64,000 nucleotides of DNA, from assembly GCA_963652335.1 (NCBI GenBank), contig CAVJSS010000002.1:27718-91717 (forward strand). The letters are read 5' to 3'. The translations under genes were made by a program, and so were the position numbers. The stretch's first letter is position 1. Every line of letters begins with the position of its first letter. The notes beneath the pieces are model-generated. The model searched no databases. It saw nothing but the letters and a program-made list of their open reading frames with translations, and was not told the DNA's origin. This DNA is from an uncultured Eubacteriales bacterium (GTDB lineage: Bacteria; Bacillota_I; Bacilli_A; RFN20; CAG-826). Below, piece after piece: positions 17,710 to 26,927 of this stretch.

Positions 17710-18550
17710 AGAATGGGTATTATCGATTCAAGGCGGCGGGCAACGTGCCGTTTTCGCTTGTGGGGTCGTTGACGTTTTGATAGAGGAAGGAATATTTGCT
17801 TCGGAAGCCTATGGCTGTTCGGCAGGAAACTGGATCGGATTGAATTACGTTCAAAAAAAGAAAGGAGCTGCCTCGAAATTGTTCTTTGACACAAAATTCA
17901 AAGACATTTTGACTCCTTTGAAATTTTTCAAAGGCGGCTCTTTGATTGATTTCGACCACTACTTTTCCGAAAAGAAAAACAAAGATTTAGACAAGAAAGC
18001 CATCTTGGATAGCGATATGGGCTATTATGCAGTCTGCACGAATTTGCTAACATGCAAGCCATTATACGTTTCCAAAGAAGACCCCTTCTTTTATGACGCT
18101 TGCGAGGGAAGCTGCTCTTTGACCGCCTTTACCAAAGGACCGAAAATGGTTGGAGATATCCCGACTTTGGATGGCGGATATGTCGAACGCATACCATTTT
18201 TGAAAGCCCTGTCTGAAGGGAAAAAGATAGTGATCGTCTCCAACAGGGAAAAAGGCTTTAGATTCGAAGATCTGCACGAAAAAAACGAACTTGTCGTCCA
18301 AAAAAGATTCAAGGATTACCCCAATTTCGTCGAAGGATATCAATATAGCCACATCGTTTATCACGAACACTTAAGACAAATCGAGGAGATGGAATCAAAA
18401 GGCGAGGTATTTGTTATCTATCCACCGCATTCGCTTAACATCGAGCCTATAAGCCAAAACGACGAAGAGCTCAAAAAAGGCTATGAATTAGGTGTCGAAA
18501 CGGCCCGCAAAATCCTGCCAGAGCTTAAAAAATATCTTCTTAGTGATTAA
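17702..18550 (+). CDS. patatin-like phospholipase
   Basis: Oxyanion motif IQGGGQRAVF, nucleophile elbow GCSAG, catalytic Asp in LDGGY. ATG 17702 has a GGAGAAGG SD and an 8-nt overlap with the HAD gene. Confidence 0.8.
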   Translation: MNKEWVLSIQGGGQRAVFACGVVDVLIEEGIFASEAYGCSAGNWIGLNYVQKKKGAASKLFFDTKFKDILTPLKFFKGGSLIDFDHYFSEKKNKDLDKKAILDSDMGYYAVCTNLLTCKPLYVSKEDPFFYDACEGSCSLTAFTKGPKMVGDIPTLDGGYVERIPFLKALSEGKKIVIVSNREKGFRFEDLHEKNELVVQKRFKDYPNFVEGYQYSHIVYHEHLRQIEEMESKGEVFVIYPPHSLNIEPISQNDEELKKGYELGVETARKILPELKKYLLSD

Positions 18551-18565
18551 ACTGACTGATTATTT

Positions 18566-18571
18566 TATAAT
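18566..18571 (+). promoter_or_regulatory. TATAAT box 6 nt upstream of the ATG at 18578
   Basis: Perfect TATAAT 18566..18571, then CACGCC, then ATG. No SD. Confidence 0.4.
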
Positions 18572-18577
18572 CACGCC

Positions 18578-19606
18578 ATGAATAGGAACGACGTCAAAAG
18601 GCATAGAACCCAAAAAGGTTTGATAGATCCAAAGAAAGTCAAAGTCTTTGTTGTCAAAAGCGAAACGACTTTGCTCCCTTTCGTTATGGAAAAAGCGTTT
18701 TTGTCCAACACAATCGCCAGACACGTCATATCTGGCAATCAAGTCTCTGTCGGTGGGGCGCCGGTTTCGCTATTCAATTACAAGCTATATCCGGAAGATG
18801 AAGTTTTGATTTCTTATAACAAAATAAGGAAACGCACGCCTCATCAACTAGACATCATCTATGAAGACGATGACATCATCGCAATCAACAAACCATCTGG
18901 ATTGCTTTCTATCGCTTCCGATAGGGAAAAAGGCCACACGGCTTATCGCTATGTGTCGGACTATCTTGCTTCGAAAGACAAAAACGCCAGGATATTCGTG
19001 GTTCACCGTCTGGATGAGGATACGTCCGGAGTGCTGATTTTTGTCAAAAACTTCGAAGTTAGGGAAGCTATGCAAAATTCTTGGAACGACATCGTCACCA
19101 AGCGCGGCTATTATGCAGTCGTGGAAGGCGAAGGTATGCCAGAATCCGGTCGTTACGAAGACTATTTAGCCGAAAACGGCCTTCATCTGGTCTATGTGAC
19201 CAAAAACAAAAAAGAAGGCAAGCTGTGTATCACCAATTTCAAAAAGATGGCCGAAAAGAACGGGCTGACCCTCCTTGATGTCGATATCGAAACCGGAAGA
19301 AAAAACCAAATTCGCGTCCAGCTTGGCTATCGCGGCCATCATGTCATCGGCGATGACAAGTATGGAGAGCCCGTCAATCCGATCAACAGGTTAGGCCTCC
19401 ACGCTTACGAATTGGCCTTAGTAAACCCAATCAACGGCAAATCGTACGATTTCAAAACCGAGATGCCAAATTCGATGAAATCATTGTTCTGGAAAGTAAG
19501 GAACCCCAAACCAGAATATATCGCCAAACCCAAGGTTCCAGAAAGGAGCGAACATGACAAAAAGCGAAAATCGAAAGCCCGCAAGCGGATGGTGGGCCGC
19601 CACTAA
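18578..19606 (+). CDS. RluA-family pseudouridine synthase (RluD-like, with S4-like N-terminus and basic C-tail)
   Basis: Catalytic motif HRLDEDTSGVLIF, also NKPSGLLS and GRKNQIRVQL. The K/R-rich tail is KKRKSKARKRMVGRH. Confidence 0.85.
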   Translation: MNRNDVKRHRTQKGLIDPKKVKVFVVKSETTLLPFVMEKAFLSNTIARHVISGNQVSVGGAPVSLFNYKLYPEDEVLISYNKIRKRTPHQLDIIYEDDDIIAINKPSGLLSIASDREKGHTAYRYVSDYLASKDKNARIFVVHRLDEDTSGVLIFVKNFEVREAMQNSWNDIVTKRGYYAVVEGEGMPESGRYEDYLAENGLHLVYVTKNKKEGKLCITNFKKMAEKNGLTLLDVDIETGRKNQIRVQLGYRGHHVIGDDKYGEPVNPINRLGLHAYELALVNPINGKSYDFKTEMPNSMKSLFWKVRNPKPEYIAKPKVPERSEHDKKRKSKARKRMVGRH

Positions 19607-21176
19607 GCAAATCCTCAAAGGCTTTCTTGGAAGTTCTATAGCTGTTCTCCCAATCGTTATCTTGATCGTAATAATTTATTTCACTGGAGTGTTGCCGAAA
19701 AGCGACTTCACCCCTCAATTGTTGGTGACTTTCGTCATTTCGGCGGTTGGTTTGATCATAGGCCTAGCCTTCTTTAATGCCGGCGTTACCAAATCTATGA
19801 GCCGTATAGGCGAAATCGTCGGCCAGACGTTATTTCATAAAAAGAAGCTTTGGTTGGTCATCTTAATGACTTTCGCAATTGGGGTGATCGTTACGATCGC
19901 AGAGCCGGACCTTAAGGCGATGGCCTCCCAAATAGGCATGGACGAATGGGTTCTTATCATTTGCATTGCCGTCGGCGTTGGCTTGTTTGTCGTAATTGGC
20001 GTGATTCGTACTTTGAAAGGCGCTAAACTAAACGTCTTGTTCTTGGCTTTCTATGCGATCGTCTTTGCTTTAGCTGGCATCGTCAACCCAAAGTTTTTGC
20101 CTGTGGCGTTTGATTCAGGTGGCGTAACCACCGGACCGGTCACCGTTCCGTTTATCATGGCTTTTGGCGTTGGCTTGGCCTCATCTAGATCCCAAGGGGA
20201 CAGAAACGGAGAAGATGGATTCGGCTTGACCGCTTTGGCATCTGTTGGACCGATAATCACGGTCATGATCCTAGGCTTGTTCGTCGATGTAGATGCGATG
20301 ACTTGGTCGCCGTCTATGACGGATAAGGCAATGAGCAATTATTCGTCTTGGGACACGGTTTGGGGTTTTTATCTCAATCATTTGGGAGAAGGCATCGTTT
20401 CCCAATTGAAGAATTCCGCTATAGCGATCCTTCCGATTACGGCATTCTTCTTGTTTTATAATTTTGTTTTCGTCCGTTTGCCGAAACGCGAAATATTCAA
20501 GATCCTATTCGGTTTGGTTTACGCATATATAGGTCTTGTCATCTTTATGACGTTTGTGGAAATCGGTTTCATGCCGGTTGCTCAAAAACTAGGCCAGTGC
20601 TTTGGCGACCCTTCTGCCAATTTGTTCCCATACGCCGTATTGGTTGGCGGATTGCTTGGCGTGTTTGGCGCTTTGGCGGAACCTGCCGTCCATTCTTTGG
20701 TCATCCAAGTCGAAAAAGTTTCCGAAGGCACGGTCAAATCCAAATTGGTGTTGGCTGTTTTGTCTTTGGCCGTAGGCGGTGGCGTCGCTTTAGCGGTGGT
20801 TCGTTCCCATTATGGCTTTAGCGTTCTCTATTACATGATTCCAGGCTATTTCATTGCCTTGGCTTTGTCTTTTATCGTTCCGAAGATGTATTTTGCCATG
20901 GCGTTTGACTCTGGGGGCGTTGCTTCGGGTCCTATGGCTTCGACGTTCGTTATGCCGTTCTGCACTGGATTTGCCTTTGCTGAACACGGGGCCGAATCCG
21001 TTTATGCCAATGCCTTTGGCTCGGTCGCGATGATCGCTTTGATGCCTCTTATCGTCATCCAATTGATGGGATTATATGCCGGTATCAAGCGCACGGTCGT
21101 CTATAGTAAAGCCAGAAAGAAATTCATCGAAGAAAACGACGATGTGCTTATCAGCTTCACGGAGGTAACGGAATGA
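19554..21176 (+). CDS. polytopic membrane protein built from two homologous halves (DUF1538-like; transporter-like)
   Basis: ATG 19554 with SD AAAGGAG (19542..19548) inside the upstream gene. About 12 hydrophobic spans. Repeated motifs: IAEPDL/LAEPAV, and AFDSGGVTTGPVTVPFIMAFG (nt 20106..20168) / AFDSGGVASGPMASTFVMPFC (nt 20901..20963). The family name is recalled from memory and was not searched. Confidence 0.65.
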   Translation: MTKSENRKPASGWWAATKQILKGFLGSSIAVLPIVILIVIIYFTGVLPKSDFTPQLLVTFVISAVGLIIGLAFFNAGVTKSMSRIGEIVGQTLFHKKKLWLVILMTFAIGVIVTIAEPDLKAMASQIGMDEWVLIICIAVGVGLFVVIGVIRTLKGAKLNVLFLAFYAIVFALAGIVNPKFLPVAFDSGGVTTGPVTVPFIMAFGVGLASSRSQGDRNGEDGFGLTALASVGPIITVMILGLFVDVDAMTWSPSMTDKAMSNYSSWDTVWGFYLNHLGEGIVSQLKNSAIAILPITAFFLFYNFVFVRLPKREIFKILFGLVYAYIGLVIFMTFVEIGFMPVAQKLGQCFGDPSANLFPYAVLVGGLLGVFGALAEPAVHSLVIQVEKVSEGTVKSKLVLAVLSLAVGGGVALAVVRSHYGFSVLYYMIPGYFIALALSFIVPKMYFAMAFDSGGVASGPMASTFVMPFCTGFAFAEHGAESVYANAFGSVAMIALMPLIVIQLMGLYAGIKRTVVYSKARKKFIEENDDVLISFTEVTE

Positions 21177-21937
21177 GTCAAAGCAAAAAGAAAACCACCC
21201 AAGAAACCGAAAGCAACGAGCAAAAGCGTATTCAAGGGACGATGCCTTTGGGCTTTACGATGTGCGTCGTCAATTCTGGCCTAGCCAGTTCAATCGTCGC
21301 CTTGCTTAACAAAAACGAATGTGCGACTTCATTCATCGTTAGGGGAATGGGAACTTACGCCAATGACTTTTACGGAGTTTTGGGTGTTGGAGACGAAAAG
21401 AAAGACGTTATCTGCTCGTTTGTCAGATTGAACAATTGGGAAAATTTGAAAGCCGATCTTCAAGCCAGGTTCAAAACCAGCAGGTTATCATCCGGCATAG
21501 CGTGGGTGGCTCCGCTTACCATGCTGGCCGGGTTGTCCACATACAAATATTTGACCAATGCCAGAAACGGCATCGACGTTAAGGAGGAAGTTGTCATGGA
21601 ACAAACGTTGGAATATGAGGCGATATTCGCCATCGTCAACGACGGTTATACCGATTTGGTCGTATCCGCTTCAAGAAAAGCCGGAGCCAGAGGCGGAACC
21701 ATAATAAATGGCCGTGGCACAGGCAACAAAGAAATCGAAAAATTCTATGGCGTGGTCATTACCCCTGAAAAGAAAATCGTGATGATCTTGGTTCCGAAAG
21801 ACATTAGAAACGACGTTCTTGCCGCAATCAACAACGCAGTCGGATTCGGCAGCAAAGGACAAGGTATCGCTTTCTCTTTGCCGTTAGCTGACGTCGTTGG
21901 CATCGTTCCTCCAAAGAAAGAAGAAGCCGCTGAATGA
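21173..21937 (+). CDS. tandem P-II-like (GlnB-fold-like) signal-transduction protein
   Basis: ATGA overlap with the upstream gene. Two ~100-aa modules each show VRGMGTYANDFYGV / NGRGTGNKEIEKFYGV (T-loop-like) and GIAWVAPLTMLAGL / GIAFSLPLADVVGI (P-II C-terminal-strand-like). Confidence 0.6.
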   Translation: MSQSKKKTTQETESNEQKRIQGTMPLGFTMCVVNSGLASSIVALLNKNECATSFIVRGMGTYANDFYGVLGVGDEKKDVICSFVRLNNWENLKADLQARFKTSRLSSGIAWVAPLTMLAGLSTYKYLTNARNGIDVKEEVVMEQTLEYEAIFAIVNDGYTDLVVSASRKAGARGGTIINGRGTGNKEIEKFYGVVITPEKKIVMILVPKDIRNDVLAAINNAVGFGSKGQGIAFSLPLADVVGIVPPKKEEAAE

Positions 21938-24900
21938 GCGAAGAGCAGCAAACCACAACCTTAGCCGAGCTTCGTAGACGAAAAGAGGCGAAAAAGGCCT
22001 CCGTTTGGTTTAAAAAGCACATGCCTTTCTTGTTTGATTGGCGTTCTCTTTTCTATTTCGGCTTGATGGTGGTCGTGGTTGGCTTTTGCTGGATGGGATA
22101 TTCCCTTATTCAAAATTACGGCACCCAACTCTATGGTTGGGACTACATGAGCCAATATGTCGAATTCTATTATCATTATTGGGATGTTTGGCATGAGTTT
22201 TTCAAAACTGGGCATTTCACGATGTATGATCCTTCAATCTATCTTGGCGGGGACAACATAGGATCTATGTCTTATTATGGGCTGTTCGACCCATTCGTCT
22301 TTTTGAATGTCTTGTTTCCAAGAAGATGGGTGCCTCAGATGACAGCGATTTTCACCGTCTTAAAGGCGACCTGCTCGGCTTTTGCGATGAGAGCCTATCT
22401 AAAATACATGGGAATAAGAGAATCGACTTCGAGGATCGGCGGATTGGCTTATGCCTTCTCCGGATTCGTCAATTTCTTCGTCGGTTTCCCTTCTTTTGTG
22501 TCTGCCGTTGTTTTCATTCCTCTTGTTCTTTTGGGGATCGAAAAGGTAATCAAAGAGAAAAAGATCGCAATCTTGGTATGGTCATTGGCCATGCTTGGTA
22601 TCGTATCGTTCTTCTTTTTGGTCGTCATGTGCGTTTGGGGAGCCTTATATGCTTTATGGAGGTTCTTTTGGACGATCAAAAGCAGGAAAGCCAAAGACTC
22701 CTGGGCTGTTTTGGGCTTAGGGGTATTGAGTTTTGCTTTGGGATTGATGTTGTGCTCGTGGTCTTTGTTGCCATCTATTAGGCAATCTTCCTTATCTGGG
22801 CGCGGGCAATCAATAGCTTACCTTTATCTTCAGGATTTATTGAATGCGATTAAGACATTTGATGTCAAAACGGTTTTTGCCCGCTTATTCGAGATGGTCG
22901 GTGACCACCCAGGAAGGGAAATGATGGGCCTTGTGTCTTTCTTTTTCCCTACCTGCAACTATTTGTGGCTTCCTCTTTATGGCGGAGGAGCTTCAACCGG
23001 GTATGACGCATGGACGTCATCATTGTTCATCTATACCCCGATGATAATTTTCTTTATGTTCGAATTGATCGAGAACATAAGAAGAAAAGATTGGGAACAC
23101 ATCGTCTCTTTCGCTTTGTGTTCTTATTGCGTCTTTACGATATTCGCTTATTTCTTCAGTTTTGCTTTCACGGGCGATGGATATGGAAGATGGTACATCA
23201 TCTTGATCCCCTTGCTTATTAGGCAAGCTTGCCGAGGAATGGATCATCGGAAAGAAGCGCCGAAATGGCAGCTCCCGGTTGCTTCCGGCTTGGTGGCGGT
23301 GGCAACGATTCTCACTTTCTTTATGGTGCGTTGGGTTCTGGATGGAAAGACCTTTACTAACAGCAATTTCATGACCTATTGGCAATCGGTTTACAACATT
23401 CCGGCTTATGTCATAAGAAACGGTGAGAAATACACGACCTTATGGCTTGGGATCTATCAGATGGGCTTGGTTGTCGTCGAATCTTTGTTTTTGGTCTTCT
23501 TTAACAAAAAGAAATTCTTCAAAAACCTTTCTGCGGCGTTTGTCGTGGTTGAAATCATAGTTTGTGGGAACATCTCATTTTTGTATGGCTCATCATATAG
23601 CTATGGCAAATATTTCAATGGCGGCTACGATAGCAAAAACCATTCATGGACCACGGGGAATCAACTAACCGAAGCGTTTGCCTATATAACAAAAGAGTAC
23701 GATACCGACACATTATACAGAGCCTATGCCGATTATCCGGCTCAGAAAAACATGAATTATGCCATGGGTTACAATGGAACCACTCCATGGTCGTCTCTTT
23801 TTAATTACGAAGTGATTGATTTAAGCCATTATTCCCATGTCATCGAAAACGAATATGTCAACGGTACACCATATGGCAAACAAAACATCTCTTCCAGATG
23901 GTCTGGATACTATAACAACAAACGATTCTCTTTCGATTTGGCCACGGGTGTCAAATATTACGCGATCGTTTATGAAGACACCGGAATGGGTGATATTTGG
24001 GATAACGATGATTTCAAATACAATGTTCCGTTTGGGTCCAAATGCGTCTACAAAAACGATAAATTCAGGATTTATCAAAATCCATATCATATCGAGCTTG
24101 GCAGAGCCGTTGACGGCGTTTACAAAGAAAACGCAGTTGAGAAATATCTCGAAGACGGGACGATAGATACCGACCACCTTAACCACTCAGATTTTTATCG
24201 AAGCCTTTACGGCGTTTCCGGTTACAAAGAAATCGCCAAAAACGAAGAGGCTTATTTAAATGGGGCGATTATCAAAGACAGCGAGACCATCCCTGACGGA
24301 ATAAGCGTTCTTTCCGCTCCGGCTTTCGATGATGTTCCGTTTAAGAATCTTACGTCTTCCTTGAAATCCAGGGTTTTCGAAAACGTGTCCGGCTATGGTT
24401 TTAACTACGAGGACCCAGGATCGTTCTTGACTGATTCAAGCAAGAATGTCTACGTTACGAATTACCACACCCCTTATAGCGGAGAGATATTCAAAGGCAC
24501 TTATTACGGGTCTGATGGCTTGACCGATGGAAAATTGGTTTGGTCGCTAGGCGAAGGCGATCCTTATATGAACGAGGACCCAAACGGAGCCTATTTTCTT
24601 ATGGCTTATAACCATAAAAACATCTCTAGAATGTATATGATTGGCGACACATTCAATGAAGATGGAAGCTTCAAAAAGCAAAACGTCATTCTCAATTACG
24701 AATATCATTCGTTTGACAACGTGAATGGGCAAAGCTCAGGGAATTATACCGGCCTTTTCGGAATCTATGCGGAAGGCAGGGTCAGGCAAATCGTCTTCTC
24801 AAAGAAAAACGGAGAAGACGGATCCTCCCCAGTCCCATTCTTGTTGGTCCAAGAAAGAAGGGACTTTGATCGGAAATACGCTTTCATGACTGATTCCGAC

Positions 24901-25275
24901 CACCTCTTGACCGATGTCAAATACATAAATTCCGACCACTTCACCGCCAAATCTTCCTTTTCTAAGTCCAAGGCCGTCGTAACCACGCTTGGTTATGATG
25001 CCGGCTGGAAGGTCATTGCCAAAACCAAAGGCGATTCCGGGGAATATATCGAGACGGAATTGAAGACTTTGAAAATGGATGGCGGATTCGTCGGCTTCTT
25101 CGCTCCGGAAGGGGAAGTGGAATATGAATTCAATTATGTCACGCCTTATTTGAAAACGGGCCTCGCTTTAAGCGTTGGGGCTTGCGCGATCTTCTTTGGC
25201 TATGAAATAACGATGTTTGTCATTAGGCTGAACAAAAGGAAAAAAGAACTTATTTCAAACGTTCCAAATAAATAG
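21934..25275 (+). CDS. very large YfhO-like polytopic membrane protein (1113 aa)
   Basis: ATGA overlap with the P-II-like gene. The N-terminal ~530 aa have many TM spans with a YfhO-like start (LYGWDYMSQYVEFYYHYW...MYDPSIYLGGDNIGSMSYYGLFDPF). A large extracytoplasmic domain and a single C-terminal TM follow. Confidence 0.6.
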   Translation: MSEEQQTTTLAELRRRKEAKKASVWFKKHMPFLFDWRSLFYFGLMVVVVGFCWMGYSLIQNYGTQLYGWDYMSQYVEFYYHYWDVWHEFFKTGHFTMYDPSIYLGGDNIGSMSYYGLFDPFVFLNVLFPRRWVPQMTAIFTVLKATCSAFAMRAYLKYMGIRESTSRIGGLAYAFSGFVNFFVGFPSFVSAVVFIPLVLLGIEKVIKEKKIAILVWSLAMLGIVSFFFLVVMCVWGALYALWRFFWTIKSRKAKDSWAVLGLGVLSFALGLMLCSWSLLPSIRQSSLSGRGQSIAYLYLQDLLNAIKTFDVKTVFARLFEMVGDHPGREMMGLVSFFFPTCNYLWLPLYGGGASTGYDAWTSSLFIYTPMIIFFMFELIENIRRKDWEHIVSFALCSYCVFTIFAYFFSFAFTGDGYGRWYIILIPLLIRQACRGMDHRKEAPKWQLPVASGLVAVATILTFFMVRWVLDGKTFTNSNFMTYWQSVYNIPAYVIRNGEKYTTLWLGIYQMGLVVVESLFLVFFNKKKFFKNLSAAFVVVEIIVCGNISFLYGSSYSYGKYFNGGYDSKNHSWTTGNQLTEAFAYITKEYDTDTLYRAYADYPAQKNMNYAMGYNGTTPWSSLFNYEVIDLSHYSHVIENEYVNGTPYGKQNISSRWSGYYNNKRFSFDLATGVKYYAIVYEDTGMGDIWDNDDFKYNVPFGSKCVYKNDKFRIYQNPYHIELGRAVDGVYKENAVEKYLEDGTIDTDHLNHSDFYRSLYGVSGYKEIAKNEEAYLNGAIIKDSETIPDGISVLSAPAFDDVPFKNLTSSLKSRVFENVSGYGFNYEDPGSFLTDSSKNVYVTNYHTPYSGEIFKGTYYGSDGLTDGKLVWSLGEGDPYMNEDPNGAYFLMAYNHKNISRMYMIGDTFNEDGSFKKQNVILNYEYHSFDNVNGQSSGNYTGLFGIYAEGRVRQIVFSKKNGEDGSSPVPFLLVQERRDFDRKYAFMTDSDHLLTDVKYINSDHFTAKSSFSKSKAVVTTLGYDAGWKVIAKTKGDSGEYIETELKTLKMDGGFVGFFAPEGEVEYEFNYVTPYLKTGLALSVGACAIFFGYEITMFVIRLNKRKKELISNVPNK

Positions 25276-26101
25276 AATAGACGCGGTTTTTTCCGGTTTG
25301 GGTCAGCTTGGCGACTTCTTTTACGGCTTCTTTGGGAGAAAGATTCTTAAGAGCCTTCTTCAGTTCTTCTTCGATATCATCATCGCTGATTTCAATGCTT
25401 GGCGTTTTTCCTTCTACGCAGATAACGATCTCGCCCTTTAATGTGTTCGGGTCGATTTCGCAGAATTCTCCTAAAGTTCCTCTTATGTATTCTTCGTGGA
25501 GTTTGGTCAATTCTCTGGCCAAACAAGCCTTCCTATCGTTTCCAAACGTTTCTTTTAAAAGCGTTAAAGTTCTTTCGATCCTATGCGGCGCTTCGTAAAA
25601 AATCAATGTGTGCGGCCAATTTTTGAGCTCTTCCAATCTTTTTTTGGCCAACGCCTCTTTGGCTGGCAAAAAACCTTCGAAAGTGAAATGTGTCGTATCC
25701 AATCCCGACGCTACCAAAGCGCACAACCCCGCATTAGGGCCGTTTATGACGGCGACTTTGATCGAGGAATTTATGGCTTTGGCTACCAATCTTTCGCCAG
25801 GATCGGAGATCCCTGGGTAACCGGCGTCGGAGACATAGGCTACTTTTTTGCCTTCTTTCAGCAAAGCGATGATTTCTTCCGCTTTTTCGTTTTCATTGAA
25901 TTCCCTACACGAAATCAAAGGCTTTTTTATTTCGAATTTGATGAATAGCGAACCGGAATTCCTCGTATCTTCGCAAGCTATGAAATCCATCTCTGACAGA
26001 ATCTTTATTGCACGAGGAGAAAATTCTTCTATGTTGCCAATAGGGGTAGCAACCATATAAAGGAGAGGAGAATCGCCTTGATAATTATTCTCCCTTTTCA
26101 T
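25250..26101 (-). CDS. rsmI: 16S rRNA (cytidine1402-2'-O)-methyltransferase
   Basis: LYMVATPIGNIEEFSPRA, CEDTR, YVSDAGYPGISDPG and FYEAPHR motifs. Confidence 0.9.
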   Translation of the reverse strand: MKRENNYQGDSPLLYMVATPIGNIEEFSPRAIKILSEMDFIACEDTRNSGSLFIKFEIKKPLISCREFNENEKAEEIIALLKEGKKVAYVSDAGYPGISDPGERLVAKAINSSIKVAVINGPNAGLCALVASGLDTTHFTFEGFLPAKEALAKKRLEELKNWPHTLIFYEAPHRIERTLTLLKETFGNDRKACLARELTKLHEEYIRGTLGEFCEIDPNTLKGEIVICVEGKTPSIEISDDDIEEELKKALKNLSPKEAVKEVAKLTQTGKNRVYSIYLERLK

Positions 26102-26927
26102 CCTTCTTCTCCTGTTTGACGATCTTTGCGTTTTTCAATTCTTCCAAGGAAATGGTTTTAACGGTCAAAGGGTTTTCTATTTTCAACGTGTCGCTTAACA
26201 CATTCATCCCGGTGACGGAATATTCGCTTCCTTCATAGATCAAACGGGTTCCTACGCTTGGGAAACGCTTTTTGGCTTCGGTATACATGTCGTCTTCATA
26301 TAAAAGGCAGCAAATAAGTTTGCCGCAAGGTCCCGACAATTTGGGGATATTCAATGTGAGCATTTGGTTTTTGGCTCTAGAGATGGCGATGCCATCGAAT
26401 TCGTTAAGGAAAGTGCTACAGCAAAGAGGCAATCCGCAAGTTCCGATGCCTCCGATCAGCTTGGCTTTGTCCCTTGGGGCTATTTGCCTTAATTCGATGC
26501 GGCAATGAAGCTGCGGGGCCAAAACTTTAAGCAATTCTCTGAAATCAACGCGGCTATCGGCCGTATAGGTGATGGTGATCTTTGATCCGTCCAAAGAATA
26601 TTTGGCATCCAAAAGATTCATCTGCAGTCCTAAGCGAGCGACTTCTTTCCTTGTTATTTCCAAAGCCGTTTTGGCTTGTTCGATGTTGTATTTATAGACT
26701 GCCAAATCGGTTTCGGACGGACGGCGGATGACCGGTTTTAAACTCAAAGGAGAATGATAGTCAGCCAAAATCTGAGGTACAGATGTCACGATCGCAATCT
26801 CGTACCCCCCTAATGAATCTACGATAACGAATTCTCCCGGACGAAGATCGGCTATGTTGGTGGAAAAATAATATGATTTGGCCGTTCCTTCGAAGTGGAT
26901 GGCCACGAAATTGGTGTATTCAGTCAT
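26085..26927 (-). CDS. ricT: PSP1-domain protein RicT/YaaT
   Basis: True start is MTEYTNFVAIHFEG at 26927 (ATGA overlap with the holB stop). PSP1 core with cysteine cluster GTCGLPLCCSTFL...GPCGKLICCL. The 5' 108 codons of ORF 26085..27251 overlap holB. Confidence 0.85.
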   Translation of the reverse strand: MTEYTNFVAIHFEGTAKSYYFSTNIADLRPGEFVIVDSLGGYEIAIVTSVPQILADYHSPLSLKPVIRRPSETDLAVYKYNIEQAKTALEITRKEVARLGLQMNLLDAKYSLDGSKITITYTADSRVDFRELLKVLAPQLHCRIELRQIAPRDKAKLIGGIGTCGLPLCCSTFLNEFDGIAISRAKNQMLTLNIPKLSGPCGKLICCLLYEDDMYTEAKKRFPSVGTRLIYEGSEYSVTGMNVLSDTLKIENPLTVKTISLEELKNAKIVKQEKKDEKGE

